Below the pieces are notes generated by a model that was not told where the DNA came from, did no database searches, and saw only the letters and a program-made list of their open reading frames with translations. 43,888 nt of DNA from Squalus acanthias (lineage: Eukaryota): NCBI GenBank assembly GCA_030390025.1, contig JASTWF010000328.1:496001-539888 (forward strand), read 5' to 3'. Below are positions 1 through 11,345 of the stretch, in pieces. Made by a program: the position numbers and the translations under genes. Position 1 is the first letter of the stretch, and each line of letters opens with the position of its first letter.

Positions 1-283
1 GATATGGGGTAGGACATTTAGGACTGAGATGAGGAGAAATTTCTTCACTCAGAGGGTGGTGAACCTGTGGAATTCTCTACCACAGAAGGCTGTGGAGGCC
101 AAGTCGCTGAATATATTTAAGAAGGAGATAGATAGATTTCTAGACACAAAAGGCATCAAGGGGTATGGTGAGAGAGCGGCAATATGGTATTGAGATAGAG
201 GATCAGCCATGATCATATTGAATGGCGGAGCAGGCTCGAAGGACCGAATGGCCGACTCCTGCTCCTATTTTTCTATGTTTCTA
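1..283 (+). mobile_element. CR1 (HER1-like) LINE 3' end
   Basis: Encodes FRTEMRRNFFTQRVVNLWNSLP, followed by the typical 3' UTR (gatcagccatgat...gaatggccgactcctgctcc) and a tctatgtt tail. Confidence 0.85.
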
Positions 284-742
284 TTCGGCCCATTGTGCCT
301 GTGCCTGTGCAGGCTCTTTGAAAGAGCTCTCCATTTAGTCCCACTCCCCTACTCTTTCCCCATAGACTTGCAAATTTTTCCACTTCAAGTATTTATCCAA
401 TTCCCTTTTGAAAGTTATTATTGAATCTGCTTCCACCACCCTTTCAGATGGTGCATTCCACAACATAGTAACTCACTGCGGATTTTATTTTCCTCACGTC
501 GCCTCTGGTTCTTTTGACAAATCTGTGTCCTCTGGTTCCCAACGATTCTGCCATTGGAAATAGTTTCTCTTCAGGCACTCTATCAAAATCATTCATAACT
601 TTGAACACCTCGGTCAAATCTCCCCTTAACCTTCTCTGCTCGAAGGAGGACAACCCCAGCTTCTCCAGTCTCTCCACATCACTGAAGACTTTCATCCCTA
701 GTCCCATTCTAGTCAATCTCCTCTGCACCCTCTAAGGCCTTG
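284..742 (-). mobile_element. CR1 LINE 3' fragment
   Basis: ORF 444..728 contains RLEKLGLSSFEQRRLRGDLTEVFK, the CR1 ORF2 C-terminal motif. Confidence 0.85.
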
Positions 743-812
743 AAAACCTGACGGACCTTATAGGTTTGATAACCAGACGGGCTTGTGGTTATGGTCTGGT
801 CTGGCTGGAGTG

Positions 813-1125
813 TCTTGAATTAGGGGGCATAGTCTCAGGATAAAGGGGTCGGCCATTTCAGACTGAGATGAGGAGGAATTATTTCACTCGGAGGGTTGTG
901 AATCTTTGGAATTCTCTGCCCCAGAGGGATGTGAATGCTGAGTCTTTGAGTATACTCAAGGCTGAGATCGATTGATTTTTGGAGTCTGGGGGAATCAAGG
1001 GATTCGGAGATCGGGAGAGAAAGTGGAGTTGAGGTCGATGATCAGCCATGATTTGATTGAATGGCCGAGCAGGCTCGAGGGGCCGGATGGCCGACTCCTG
1101 CTCCTAATTCTTCTGTTCTTCTGTT
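813..1125 (+). mobile_element. CR1 LINE 3' end
   Basis: Homologous to 1-283; ends in a ttctgttc repeat tail. Confidence 0.8.
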
Positions 1126-1204
1126 CTGGAACTGAATCCCCTTTACTCACCTCTACAACAGGTGATGGAGATTCACAATCTGCACCGGGTGGGGAAGGAA
1201 CCTC

Positions 1205-1740
1205 GGAACAGGACCAGGCCATTCAGCCCCTCGAGCCTATTCCGCCATTCAATCAGATCACTGCTAATCTGTATCTCACTCCATCTACCCACCTTGGTTC
1301 CGTAATCCTCACCACCCATCCCCAACAACAGCCTATCAATCTCCGTTTTGATATTTTCAGTTGACCCCCGGCCTCAACAGCTTTTTGTGGGAGTGTGATC
1401 CAGATTTCCACTACCCTTTGTGTGATGAAGTGCTTCTTGACATCACTCCTGAACGGTCGAGCTCTAATTTGAAGGTTGTGCCCCCTTGTTCTGGATTCCC
1501 CACAGCTCCACCAGAGGAAATAGTTTCTCTCTCTCTACCCAATCAAATCCTTTAATCATCTTAAACACCCCAATTAGATCACCCCTTAACCTTCTATACT
1601 CGAGGGAATACCAGCCTAGTCTGAGCAACCTGTCCTCATCATTTAACGATTTCAGCTCCGGTATCATTCTGGTGAATCTGTGCTGCGCCCCCTCCAAGGC
1701 CATTATATCCTTCCTGAGGTGCGGTGCCCAGAACGGAACA
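1205..1740 (-). mobile_element. CR1 LINE 3' fragment
   Basis: ORF 1464..1790 contains FWAPHLRKDIMALEGAQHRFTRMIP...RRLRGDLI. Confidence 0.85.
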
Positions 1741-1970
1741 GGAGGGCAGACTGACTGCGGCCCGCTAGACTGTTCAAGGTCAAAGCTCACCCAATCTGGT
1801 GACAGTTGTGAAAGGTGAGACGTAACAAAGGCGGCTGTTGAACTATTGGAAAAACAAGGCTACATATTGTATTCTGCCCAGCAACAGACTCAGGGTAGAA
1901 AACATCCAGACTTACAGCGATTGCCAGGAGAACCTACAGCAACATTCCAGCAAGACGAACGAGAACATCC

Positions 1971-2706
1971 TTTTTTTTAATTCGTTCCTGGGATGTGGGC
2001 ATCGCTGGTAATGCCAGCATTTATTGCCCACCCCTAATTGCCCTTGAGAAGGTGGTGGTGAGCCGCCTTCTTGAACCGCTGCAGTCCTGTGTGGTGGAGG
2101 TACTCCCACAGTGCTGTTAGGGAGGGAGTTCCAGGATTTTGACCCAGTGACGATGAAGGAACGGCGATATATTTCCAAGTCAGGATGGTGTGTAATTTGG
2201 AGGGGAACTTGCAGGTGATGATGCTCCCATGTGCCTGCTGTCCTTGCCCTTCTAGGTGGTAGAGGTCGTGGGTTTGGGAGGTGCTGCCGAAGAAACCTTG
2301 GCGAGTTGCTGCAGTGCATCTTGTAGATGGTACACACTGCAGCCATGGTGCGCCGGTGGTGCAGCGAGTGAATATTTAAGGTGGTGGATGGGGTGCCAAT
2401 CAAGCGGGCTGCTTTGTCCTGGCTGGTGTCGAGCTTCTTGAGTGTTGTTGGAGCTGCACTCATCCAGGCAAGTGGAGAGTATTCCATCACACTCCTGACT
2501 TGTGCCTTGTAGATGGTGGAAAGACTTTGGGGAGTCAGGAGGCGAGACACTCGCTGCAGAATACCCAGCCTCTGACGCGCTCTTGTTGCCACAGTATTTA
2601 TGTGACTGGTCCAGTTAAGTTTCTGGTCAATGGTGACCCCCAGGATGTTGGGGGATTCGGCGATGCTAATGCCGTTGAATGTCAAGGGGAGGTGGTTAGA
2701 CTCTCC
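1971..2706 (-). mobile_element. Second CR1/L2-superfamily LINE family, 3' part
   Basis: ORF 1912..2685 contains ILGVTIDQKLNWTSHI...IYKAQVRSVMEYS (post-RT region); A-rich tail at 1971-1978; a second copy lies at 11820-12540. Confidence 0.8.
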
Positions 2707-2838
2707 CAGAACATGGTCCTAATCACTCTCAGTTCTGAGTGGAGCTGCCCAGAATAAGGTTGTATGGCTTTGTTATCGGGTGAAATAGTCATGTCTGAAT
2801 GTCAATAAAGATCATTTATAACAGTTCTAGAGTCTCGA

Positions 2839-3522
2839 GTTAGATACAGAGAAAAGCTCCCTCTACACTGTCCCATCAAACACTCCCAGGGCAGTTACAG
2901 CACGGGTTAGATACAGAGTAAAGCTCCCTCTACACTGTCCCATCAAATACTCCCAGGGCAGGTACAGCACGGGTTAGATACAGAGTAAAGCTCCCTCTAC
3001 ACTGTCCCATCAAACACTCACAGGGCAGTTACAGCACGGGTTAGATACAGAGTAAAGCTCCCTATACACTGTCCCATCAAACACTCCCAGGGCAGTTACA
3101 GCACGGGTTAGATACGGAGTAATGCTTCCTCCACATTGTCCCATCAAACACTCCCAGGGTAGGTACAGCACGGGTTAGATACAGAGTAAAGCTCCATCTA
3201 CATTGTCCCATCAAACACTCCCAGTGCAGGTACAGCACGGGTTAGATACAGAGTAAAGCTCCCTCTACACTGTCCCATCAAACACTCCCAGGGCAGGTAC
3301 AGCATGGGTTAGATACAGAGTAAAGCTCCCCCTACACTGTCCCATCAAACACTCCCAGGGCAGGTACAGCACGGGTTAGATACAGAGTAAAGCTCCCCCT
3401 ACACTGTCCCATCAAACACTCCCAGGGCAGGTACAGCACGGGTTAGATACAGAGTAAAGCTCCCTCTACACTGTCCCATCAAACACTCCCAGGGCAGGTA
3501 CAGCACGGGTTAGATACAGAGT
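2839..3522. repeat. 67-bp tandem repeat, about 10.2 copies
   Basis: Unit gttagatacagagtaaagctccctctacactgtcccatcaaacactcccagggcaggtacagcacgg starts at 2839, 2906, 2973 ... 3509. Confidence 0.97.
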
Positions 3523-3646
3523 GTTAGCCGTGGCTCAGGCGGTAGCACTCTCGCCTCTGAGTCAGAAGGTTGTGACTTGAATTCTCACTCCAGAGACTCG
3601 AGTCCAAAACTCTGGGCTGCCACTCCAGTGCAGTGCTGAGGGAGTA
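3523..3646 (+). mobile_element. tRNA-derived SINE head (SacSINE1/DeuSINE-like), 3'-truncated
   Basis: A-box-like tggctcaggcgg and a degenerate B box; matches the head of the minus-strand SINE at 22440-22550. Confidence 0.75.
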
Positions 3647-3715
3647 AAGCACAGTGCAGAGTAAAGTTCCCACTGCACTGCTCCACTAACATGCCTGAGC
3701 CCTAAACATAGAAGA

Positions 3716-3773
3716 GCGCCCTCTACTGCATTCCAAAGGGAGCCCGAAACTCAGAAGTGCGCCCTCTACTGCA
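3716..3773 (-). promoter_or_regulatory. Two tandem CTCF-like motifs
   Basis: gcgccctctactgca at 3716 and 3759; minus strand GCAGTAGAGGGCGC versus consensus CCASYAGRKGGCRS. Confidence 0.45.
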
Positions 3774-3799
3774 TTCCATGTCTCAGCAGCGGGAGAAGC

Positions 3800-4340
3800 A
3801 GGCGGCGGAAGTCCCGCCCCTCTGGCACCACGATTGATTGGAGGACCCGCCGCCACCTCTGCCCGCCAAGCTCCGCCCGCTCTCTCCCTATTGGTCAGAG
3901 CTCACGTCAGTCACCACCGTGTTGTTGATCACGTGCCCCAGTCCGGCTCCCTGCAGAAGACAACGGGCTGCAGCCGCTCAATCCGCTCCGCTCGGTGCCG
4001 GGAGGGCGCTGGGACGCTGTGGTTTGTATTTTCTTTTTATGTATCTCCCCGCCCGCGCTTCTCTCCGCTATAGATAAAAAACCCATAAAACTCACTTTCC
4101 GCCGGTGATCCGGACTCTCAGACGGGGTGTGTGCTGAGCATGCGCGGTGCGGGCCGATCGCCTGTGGAGCAGGAGAGGGCGGGGCCATGGCGCGCATGCG
4201 CGGTGTCAGCCACAACGCGACGACCGGAGCACTTTCTGGAGCGCGGGGGCTTGTGGGGATTGTAGCCACCATTACTGTTGATCCTTTCAACCAAGCTGTG
4301 CAGCAGCTGGGGCCTGAAAATTCGCTTCACTGCCCCTGGG
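3800..4340 (+). promoter_or_regulatory. CpG-island promoter of ZNF locus 1 (modules A and C)
   Basis: ETS-like ggaagt, GC boxes, two ATTGG, CRE half-site cacgtca, NRF1 gcgcatgcgc, ZNF143/SBS-like ggggattgtagcc; homologous to 21340-21445 and 22610-22820. Confidence 0.7.
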
Positions 4341-4403
4341 CTGGGAAAGGGCGACATGAGGCAACATTCTCCCTCTTACCCACTTTATCAACTCCTGTCA
4401 CAG

Positions 4404-5295
4404 GGTTTTAGAAGTAGAGCATTTACAGACAGGAAGCTTAGGCCAAACATCACCTCAAGATCTGACAGAGTCATTCGATTCATCAGGACCTGATTTAATC
4501 GGTTGTCCAATCTGCTGATACACCAGAGAGTTCACACTGATGAGAGACATTTTAAATGTTCTGAGCATGGGAAGAGCGCCAAAACCTACAAGTACCTAAA
4601 GAGACACCATCGGCTACACACTGGGGAGAGACCGTTCAGCTGTTCTGGAAGGGATTCACTCAGTCATCGCTCCGATGATACACCAGCAAATTCACACTAG
4701 GGAAAGACCTTTAACCTGCTCCGTGTGTGGGAAGCGATTAATTGCACCATCCATGCTACTGAGACACCAGTTTGTCCACACTGATGAGAGACCGTTTAAG
4801 TGTACTGACTGTGGCAAGAGCTTGAAAAGGTCCCAGGAGCTGAGGAGACACCAGCTGGAGGGAGCTGGAAAGAGACAGTTGAACTGCTCCGTGTTTTTGA
4901 AGCGATTCACTCATTCTTCCACCCTGCTGAGACAACAGCTTGTTCATAGTGATGAGAGACCGATTAAATGTTCTGATTGTGGGAAAAGATTTAAAAGGTC
5001 CCAGGATCTGAAGAGACACCAGCTGGAGAGAGCAGGAGAGATTCTGTTCACCTTCTCCGTGTGTGGGAAGAGATTCACTCGGTCCTCGAATCTGCTGGCA
5101 CACCAGCGAGTTCACACTGGGAAGAGGCCGGTGAAACATTCCGACTGTGGGAAAAACTTTAAAAGGTCCCAGGAGCTAAATGGACACCAGCTGGAGGGAG
5201 CAGGAGAGATTCTGTTCACCTGCTCCGTGTGTGGGAAGGGATTCACTCAGTCATCCCAACTACTGACACACCAGCGAGTTCACACTGTTCTGTAG
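4404..5295 (+). pseudogene. Degenerate C2H2 zinc-finger gene
   Basis: Acceptor cag|ggttttag at 4401-4403; frameshifts near 4500-4680; many fingers lack Cys/His (HQLEG, CSVF, FSVC, HSDC). Confidence 0.85.
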
Positions 5296-5424
5296 TGCAG
5301 GACCCTGCAGACAGCTGGGGCGACATGAACGTGGAATGGATGAATGTTTTATATATTCTTGTGCTGCTGTTTAATCTTTAAGACTGTGTGCTGATGATTC
5401 CCTTCGATTGACTGTTCATGGTGT

Positions 5425-5695
5425 TACATAGAATGTACAGCACAGAAACAGGCCATTCGGCCCAACTGGTCCTTGCCAGTGTTTATGCCCCACACCCACC
5501 CTACTTCAATTAACACCGATCAACATCTCCTCCCATTCCTTTCTCCCTCATGTGGCTTCCCCATAAATGCATCTGTGCTGTTCACCTCAACTACTCCTTG
5601 TGGTAGCGAGTTCCCCATTCTACCACTCTCTGGGTAAAGACATTTCTCCTGAATTCACTACTGGATTTATTAGTGAATATTATATTTATGGCCCC
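5425..5695 (-). mobile_element. CR1 3' end
   Basis: acatagaatgtacagcacagaaacaggccattcggccc tail and UTR, as at 7120 and 33165. Confidence 0.8.
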
Positions 5696-5787
5696 ATAAA
5701 TATGATGAGATTCTGTTAAGCTGACCAGTATGTTGTTGTACTTTGTCTTTTTCTGATGAATGAAACATTACTGAGCCCCTGTACCCG

Positions 5788-6445
5788 TGTTATGGGATGA
5801 AGTGCCAGACAAGTAAAGACACAACGTCTGGGTGTGAATCTGATAATAACCTCACGGACCGTATAGGTGTGAATCTGATAACCAGACGGGCTTGTGGTTA
5901 TAGTCTGGTCACAGATGGACTAAATTCCCTGAATTAGCAGGAGTTCAGGAGGCGGTCAACAGACGGGTCCAAACAATCCCATTTCCTGAGCGGTAAACAT
6001 AGAAACATAGAAACATAAATGTGTGGGTTAGGTTGATTTGGCTATGATAAATTGACCCTTAGTGTTAGGGGGGATTAAATATGTGGGGTTATGGGAATAG
6101 GATGGGATATGTTAGGGGGAATTAAGTATGTGGGGTTACGGGGGTAGGGTGGGATATGTGTACTGTGGGGATTAAAGCAGGGACAGGGTACTGGATTTGG
6201 ATGATCAGCCATGATCGTATTGAATGGCGGAGCAGGCTCGACGGGCCGAATGGCCTACTCCTGCTCCGAGATTCTATGTTTCTATGTAACAATCCCATTT
6301 CCTGAGCGGTAACCAAGCTTGTGTATAAGAACAGGCCACTTAAGCCGTTGTCAGTTGGAACAGACTCGAGAAGATCGCGCGTGAATCCACTGTACTTCTA
6401 TTCTCCAGATTGAGGGAATTATCACCCGATCTGTGTTATGCAGCA
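5788..6445 (+). mobile_element. Possible LTR remnant, interrupted by a SINE
   Basis: Begins tgtta, has internal short repeats (ggtgtgaatctgataa x2) and TATA-like gtataag; shares gataaccagacgggcttgtggttat with 768-792. Confidence 0.35.
5997..6287 (+). mobile_element. HE1-type V-SINE 3' part with CR1-derived tail and 25-bp target-site duplication
   Basis: V-domain-like gttaggttgatttggctatgataaattgacccttagtg; TSD aacaatcccatttcctgagcggtaa at 5972-5996 and 6288-6312. Confidence 0.75.
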
Positions 6446-7070
6446 CTCAATGAGTCAATGATTGTCTCTCCTGGTCACTGGGAGCCTGAAGCCCCGCCCA
6501 CTCTCTGTTCCTGTACCAAGATGGCCGCGCATGCGCCGCGTTGTAGGTGGAATCGGTCTGTCTGTCCTCCACCAAGATGGCGGCGCGCAACCCGGGTCTG
6601 TCACCGAGAAAAAGGCTCACCGCTGCCGTCCGGAAGAACACAGACCGGGCCGCGGGATCTCATTCGGGCCTGAGGCCGTTCTACAGCTTTATAAACCCTG
6701 CGGCGCGGCCTACCCGCAGTTTATTAATCTCCCGCTCCCGCCGACCTGCAGCTCGCCCCGGCGACTGCGCGGGGTTTCTTTGTAAAGTCGGTGAGGGTCT
6801 CGTGACCCGGGCTCACGGCCTGATTGACGGGAGCTTCCGACCAATAGGGAGCGGGCGGGGCGGGGCTGGAGGAGCGAGCCGCCGGCGGGTCCTCCAACCA
6901 ATCGGGGAGCCCGAGGGGCGGGACTAGCGCCGGCTGATTGTCTGATCCGCGGGGCAGCGAGTTTCTCCAGTCCCTTGTTCAGGGCCCGGGGCCAGCGGAG
7001 GCTGTGGGCCTTTATTCCCCTTATTGGACACAAGGCTCTTTGTCTCACAACACACTGGCTCAGGTTTTAA
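6446..7070 (-). promoter_or_regulatory. Orphan ZNF promoter/first-exon cassette (modules A and B) with no adjacent finger array
   Basis: 6446-6760 is an inverted copy of 39280-39600; 6800-7070 is an inverted copy of 21198-21465; YY1 caagatggc x2, NRF1, CCAAT and GC boxes. Confidence 0.75.
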
Positions 7071-7119
7071 ATATTGGTTTACAGGAAATAGTGAATTGAA
7101 AATTGTAAAATTGAGATTG

Positions 7120-7685
7120 TTAGAATTACATAGGATTACACAGGATATACGGCACAGAAACAGGCCATTCGGCCCAACCAGGCCATGCCGGCGTTGATGA
7201 TCCACTCGAGGTTCCTCCCGTCTTTCCTCATCTAAATCTATCAGCATAACCCTCTATTCCCTTCTCCCTCATATGCTTGTCCAGCCGCCCCGTAAATACA
7301 TCTATACTATTCGCTTCAACCACTCCCTGTGGTAGCAAGTTCCACATTCTCACCACTCTTTGGGTAAAGAAGTTTCTTCTGAATTCCCTATTGGATTTCT
7401 TGGTGACTATCTTATATTGATGGCCTCTAGTTATGCTCTTCCCCACAAGTGGAAACATTCTCTCTCTATCCACTCTTTCAACATTTTTCATAATTTTAAG
7501 GACCTCTATTAGGTCACCCCTCAGCCTTTTTTCAAGAGAAAAGAGACCCACAGCCTGTTCATCCTTTCCTGATATGTATACCCTCACATTTCTGGTATCA
7601 TCATTCTAAATCTTCTCTGAACTCTTTCCAGTGCCTCTATATCGTTTTCATAATATGGCAACCAGAACTGTATGCAGTACTCCAA
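7120..7685 (-). mobile_element. CR1 3' fragment
   Basis: ORF 7228..7587 contains [13 protein letters not shown]...RRNFFTQRVVRMWNLLP. Confidence 0.85.
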
Positions 7686-8094
7686 GGGCTGAATTTTGCC
7701 TGCGCTCAGAGTGCAGGTTTGGAGGCGGGTCTGCTGTCAAATCCACAAAGATTGACAGCGGGTCGGTATCCCACTCTGAACCGCCTCTTTGTGAGTTTCC
7801 TAAGTGTCGGGTCTGTCATCCCTGAACAGACCCGACACCAAGCGGCTGGTCAGCCAATTTAGATACTTTAAAGCTTGTTAAAAGGTAGTTAAGCACCATT
7901 TTCCCATGTAATTACCATTTTCCCAGGTTTATAACGAGGTTCCCGGAGAGCGGCTATCACGTCAGGTAAGTATGTCGGGTTCTCAATGACTGTGGATTGC
8001 TGTGAACAGGTGACAGCTGCAGAAGTGGTCTAAAACCTACCATTTCACAGCTGTTCACTTCCCAATCTTAGAAGCTGCAGCATTAATGATTTGG

Positions 8095-8530
8095 AACCCA
8101 CTTTTGAGCTTTATGCAAACACGATTTCCCTTTCATAAAACCATGTTGACTCTGCCTAATCATATAATCATTTTCTAAGTGCCCTGTTCCACTTCCTTAA
8201 TAATGGATTCCATTTCCCGAGGACTGATGACAGGCTAACTGGCCTGTAGATCCCTGTTTTCTCTCTCCCTCCTTTCTTGAATAGCGGGGTTACATTTGCT
8301 ACCTTCCATTCCACGAAGACCTTTCCAGAATCTAGGGAATTTTGGAACATCACTGTCAATGCATCCACTATCTTTGCAGCCACCTCTTTTAGAACCCTAG
8401 GATGTAGGCTGTCAGGTCCAGGGGATTTGTCGGCTTTTAGTCCCGTTAGTTTCTCAAGTACTTTTTCTCTACTGATATGAATTACTTTAAGTTCCTCACT
8501 CTCATTAGCCCCTTGGTTCCCCACTATTTC
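8095..8530 (-). mobile_element. CR1 ORF2 internal fragment
   Basis: KSPGPDSLHPRVLKE...WKVANVTPLFKKG...YRPVSLSS. Confidence 0.85.
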
Positions 8531-8614
8531 TGGTATCTCAACCTTCTCCAGTGTAGCTCACGCGGCTCCAGCTCGCGCAGCCTAAGCCCGGGCTGTCCGC
8601 AGTGTGGCCATAAC

Positions 8615-8749
8615 ATGCCCGTAGACTTGCACGAGTGGTCGGGACCTCTCGCCCAGACCAAGGTGGACGAGAAGCCTGTGCAGCCCCTCCATGTCAAGTA
8701 TGACAACGTGGACATAGATGTGCTGGGTAAAGTGCTGAGCCCGGCCCAG
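8615..8749 (+). pseudogene. PEBP1: Isolated first coding exon of phosphatidylethanolamine-binding protein 1 (RKIP)
   Basis: [45 protein letters not shown] aligns to the vertebrate PEBP1 N-terminus ([29 protein letters not shown]...LGKVLTPTQ); 45 codons, then GT at 8750; no further exons recognised. Confidence 0.8.
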
Positions 8750-8829
8750 GTACTGACTGCAGCTGAGAGCTGAACACACAGGAACCGCTCCAGTGCCTGG
8801 AGCCAGCAACAAGAGGCAACAAAAGCAAG

Positions 8830-9445
8830 GAAGGCACAGAGTCCAAAAGCAAAGAAGTTATGATGAACCTTCATAAAACACTGGCTCGGCCTCAACTGGA
8901 GTATTGTGTCCAATTCTGGGCACCGCACTTTAGGAAGGATGTGAAGGCCTTAGAGAGGGTGCAGAAAAGATTTACAAGAATGATTCCAGGGATGAGGGAC
9001 TTCAGTTACGTGGATAGACTGGAGAAGCTGGGGTTGTTCTCTTTGGAGCAGAGAAGGTTGGGAGGAGATCTGATAGAGGTGTTTATAATCATGAGGGGTC
9101 TGGACAGAGTAGATAGAGAGAAACTGTTCCCATTGGCAGAAGGATCGAGAACCAGAGGACACAGATTTAAGGTGATTGGCAAAAGAACCAAAGGCGACAT
9201 GAGGAAAAACTTTTTTACGCAGCGAGTGGTTATGATCTGGAATGCACTGCCTGAAAGGGTGGTGGAGGCAGATTCAATCACGGCTTTCAAAATGGAGTTG
9301 GATAAGTACCTGAAAGAAAAACATTTCCAGGGCTACGGGGAAAGTGCGGGGGAGTGGGACTAGCTGAAGTGATCTTGCAGAGAGCCGGCACGGGCTCGAC
9401 AGGTTGAATGGCCTCCTTCTGTGCTGTAACCATTCTATGATTCTA
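8830..9445 (+). mobile_element. Young CR1 3' fragment
   Basis: Intact ORF 8860..9363 (RPQLEYCVQFWAPHFRKD...), 3' UTR and attctatg tail. Confidence 0.9.
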
Positions 9446-9914
9446 AGCTTATATTGTGGTTAATAACAGACAAAACCTGTTCTTTCCCCTGATCTGATTA
9501 CAGATTCCAACCAGTCGATTCAGTGAATGGAATGTCTTATCAGTGTTGCCATGGCGACCTGTCTGCAGTGAAACACCTGTTTGAGTTTCTAACTCAGACT
9601 AAACTTCTCTTTCCCATAATACACATTATATCAGACATTTGATCTCAATGTATTTCAGCCATGTTTTGTTAATATCTCTATAATCTACAGGGAGATCAGA
9701 TACACAAATCTTTAAAAGTTGGAGGACAAGTTTATAAAGTGGTTTAAAAATGTTACCCGAGGTTTTTTATAAATGGGGCGTAGAAAACAAAACCATGGGT
9801 TCGGCTGCAGTTAGAATAAGTTTTGGGCATCTTACACTAGGAAGGATGTCGGGGCCACAGAGAGGCTGCAGAATAAATTCACTGAGGTTATACCACGGAT
9901 GAGAGGCTTTAGTT

Positions 9915-10095
9915 ATCAGAGAATCAGAGAACGATACAGCACAAAAGGTGGCCATTCGGCCCATCATGCTTGTGCCAGCTCTTTGGGAGAGCTATCCAAT
10001 TAGTCCCACTCCCTTGCTCTTTCCCCGTATCCCGGTAAATGTTTTCCCTTCAAATATTTATCCAATTCCCTTTTGAAAGTTACTATTGAATCTGC
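9915..10095 (-). mobile_element. CR1 3' tail
   Basis: Homologous to 284-430. Confidence 0.75.
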
Positions 10096-11345
10096 TTGAC
10101 TAATCTACTGGAATTTTTTGAGGATGTAACTGGTAGAATAGATAAGGGAGAACCAGTGGATGTGGTGTATTTGGACTTTCAGAAGGCTTTCGATAAGGTC
10201 CCGCATAAGAGATTAGCGTGCAAAGTTAAAGCACATGAGATTGGGGGTAAGGTAATGACTTGGATAGAAAACTGGTTGGCAGACAGGAAGCAACGAGTTG
10301 GAATAAACAGGTCTTTTTCCGAGTGGCAGGCAGTGACTAGTGGGGTACCGCAGGGATCGGTGCTAGGATCCCAGTTATTCACTATATACATTAATGATCT
10401 GGACGAGGGAACTAGATGTAATATCTCCAAGTTTGCAGATGACACAAAGCTGGGTGGGCGTGTGTGCTGTGAGGAGGATGCAGAGAAACTGCAGTATGAT
10501 TTGGACAGGTTGGGTGATTGGGCAGATGCATGGCCGATGCAGTATAATGTGGATAAATGCGAGGTTATCCACTTTGGTGGCAAAAATAGGAAGGCAGATT
10601 ATTATCTCAACGGCAATAGATTGGGAAAAGGGGAAGTGCAACGAGACCTGGGTGTCCTTGTGCACCAATCGCTGAAGGTAAGCATGCAGGTGCAGCAGGC
10701 GGTTAAGAAGGCAAATGGTATGTTGGCCTTCATAGCGAGAGGATTCGAGTACAGGAGCAAGGATGTCTTGCTGCAGTTGTACAGGCCTTGGTGAGACCAC
10801 ACCTTGAGTATTGTGTGCAGTTTTGGTCACCTTATCTGAGGAAGGATGTTCTTGCCATGGAGGGAGTGCAGCGAAGATTCACCAGACTGATACCTGGGAT
10901 GGCAGGAATGATGTATGAAGAGAGATTGGGTCGATTGGGCTTGTATTCGCTAGAGTTTAGAAGAATAAGAGGGGATCTCATTGAAACTTATAAAATTCTA
11001 ACAGGACTAGACAGACTAGATGCAGGAAGGATGTTCCCGATGGTGGGGGAGTCCAGAACCAGGGGTCACAGGCTAAGGATAAGGGGTAAGCCATTTAGGA
11101 CTGAGATGAGGATGAATTTCTTCACCCAGAGAGTGGTGAACCTGTGGAATTCTCTACCACAGTTCTTTAAATATATTCAAGAAGGAGTTAGATATATTTC
11201 ATAAGGCTAAGGGGATCAAGGGATATGGAGAGAAGGCAGGGACAGGGTACTGAATTTGGATGATCAGCCATGATCGCATTGAATGGCGGAGCAGGCTAGA
11301 GGGGCCAAATGGCCTACTCCTGCTCCTATCTTCTATGTTTTCTAT
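10096..11345 (+). mobile_element. CR1 LINE, RT core to 3' end (frameshifted)
   Basis: VYLDFQKAFDKVPH, GVPQGSVLG, FADDTKL in ORFs 10096..10794 and 10788..11204. Confidence 0.92.

Noticed and set aside
743..2835. Fragmented LTR (743-810, 1125-1205, 1740-1970, 2706-2835) under nested LINEs
   Set aside because: Only a short match to 5851-5910 and one AATAAA; no TG..CA boundaries or internal genes
2839..3522. CRISPR array interpretation of the 67-, 48- or 40-bp repeats
   Set aside because: Head-to-tail repeats without unique spacers, no cas genes, vertebrate context
7686..8095. Possible DNA-transposon/MITE remnant beginning gggctgaatttt
   Set aside because: No matching second terminal repeat or TSD found
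9545..9558. RFX X-box-like palindrome gttgccatggcgac
   Set aside because: Isolated motif outside a CpG island; no supporting context
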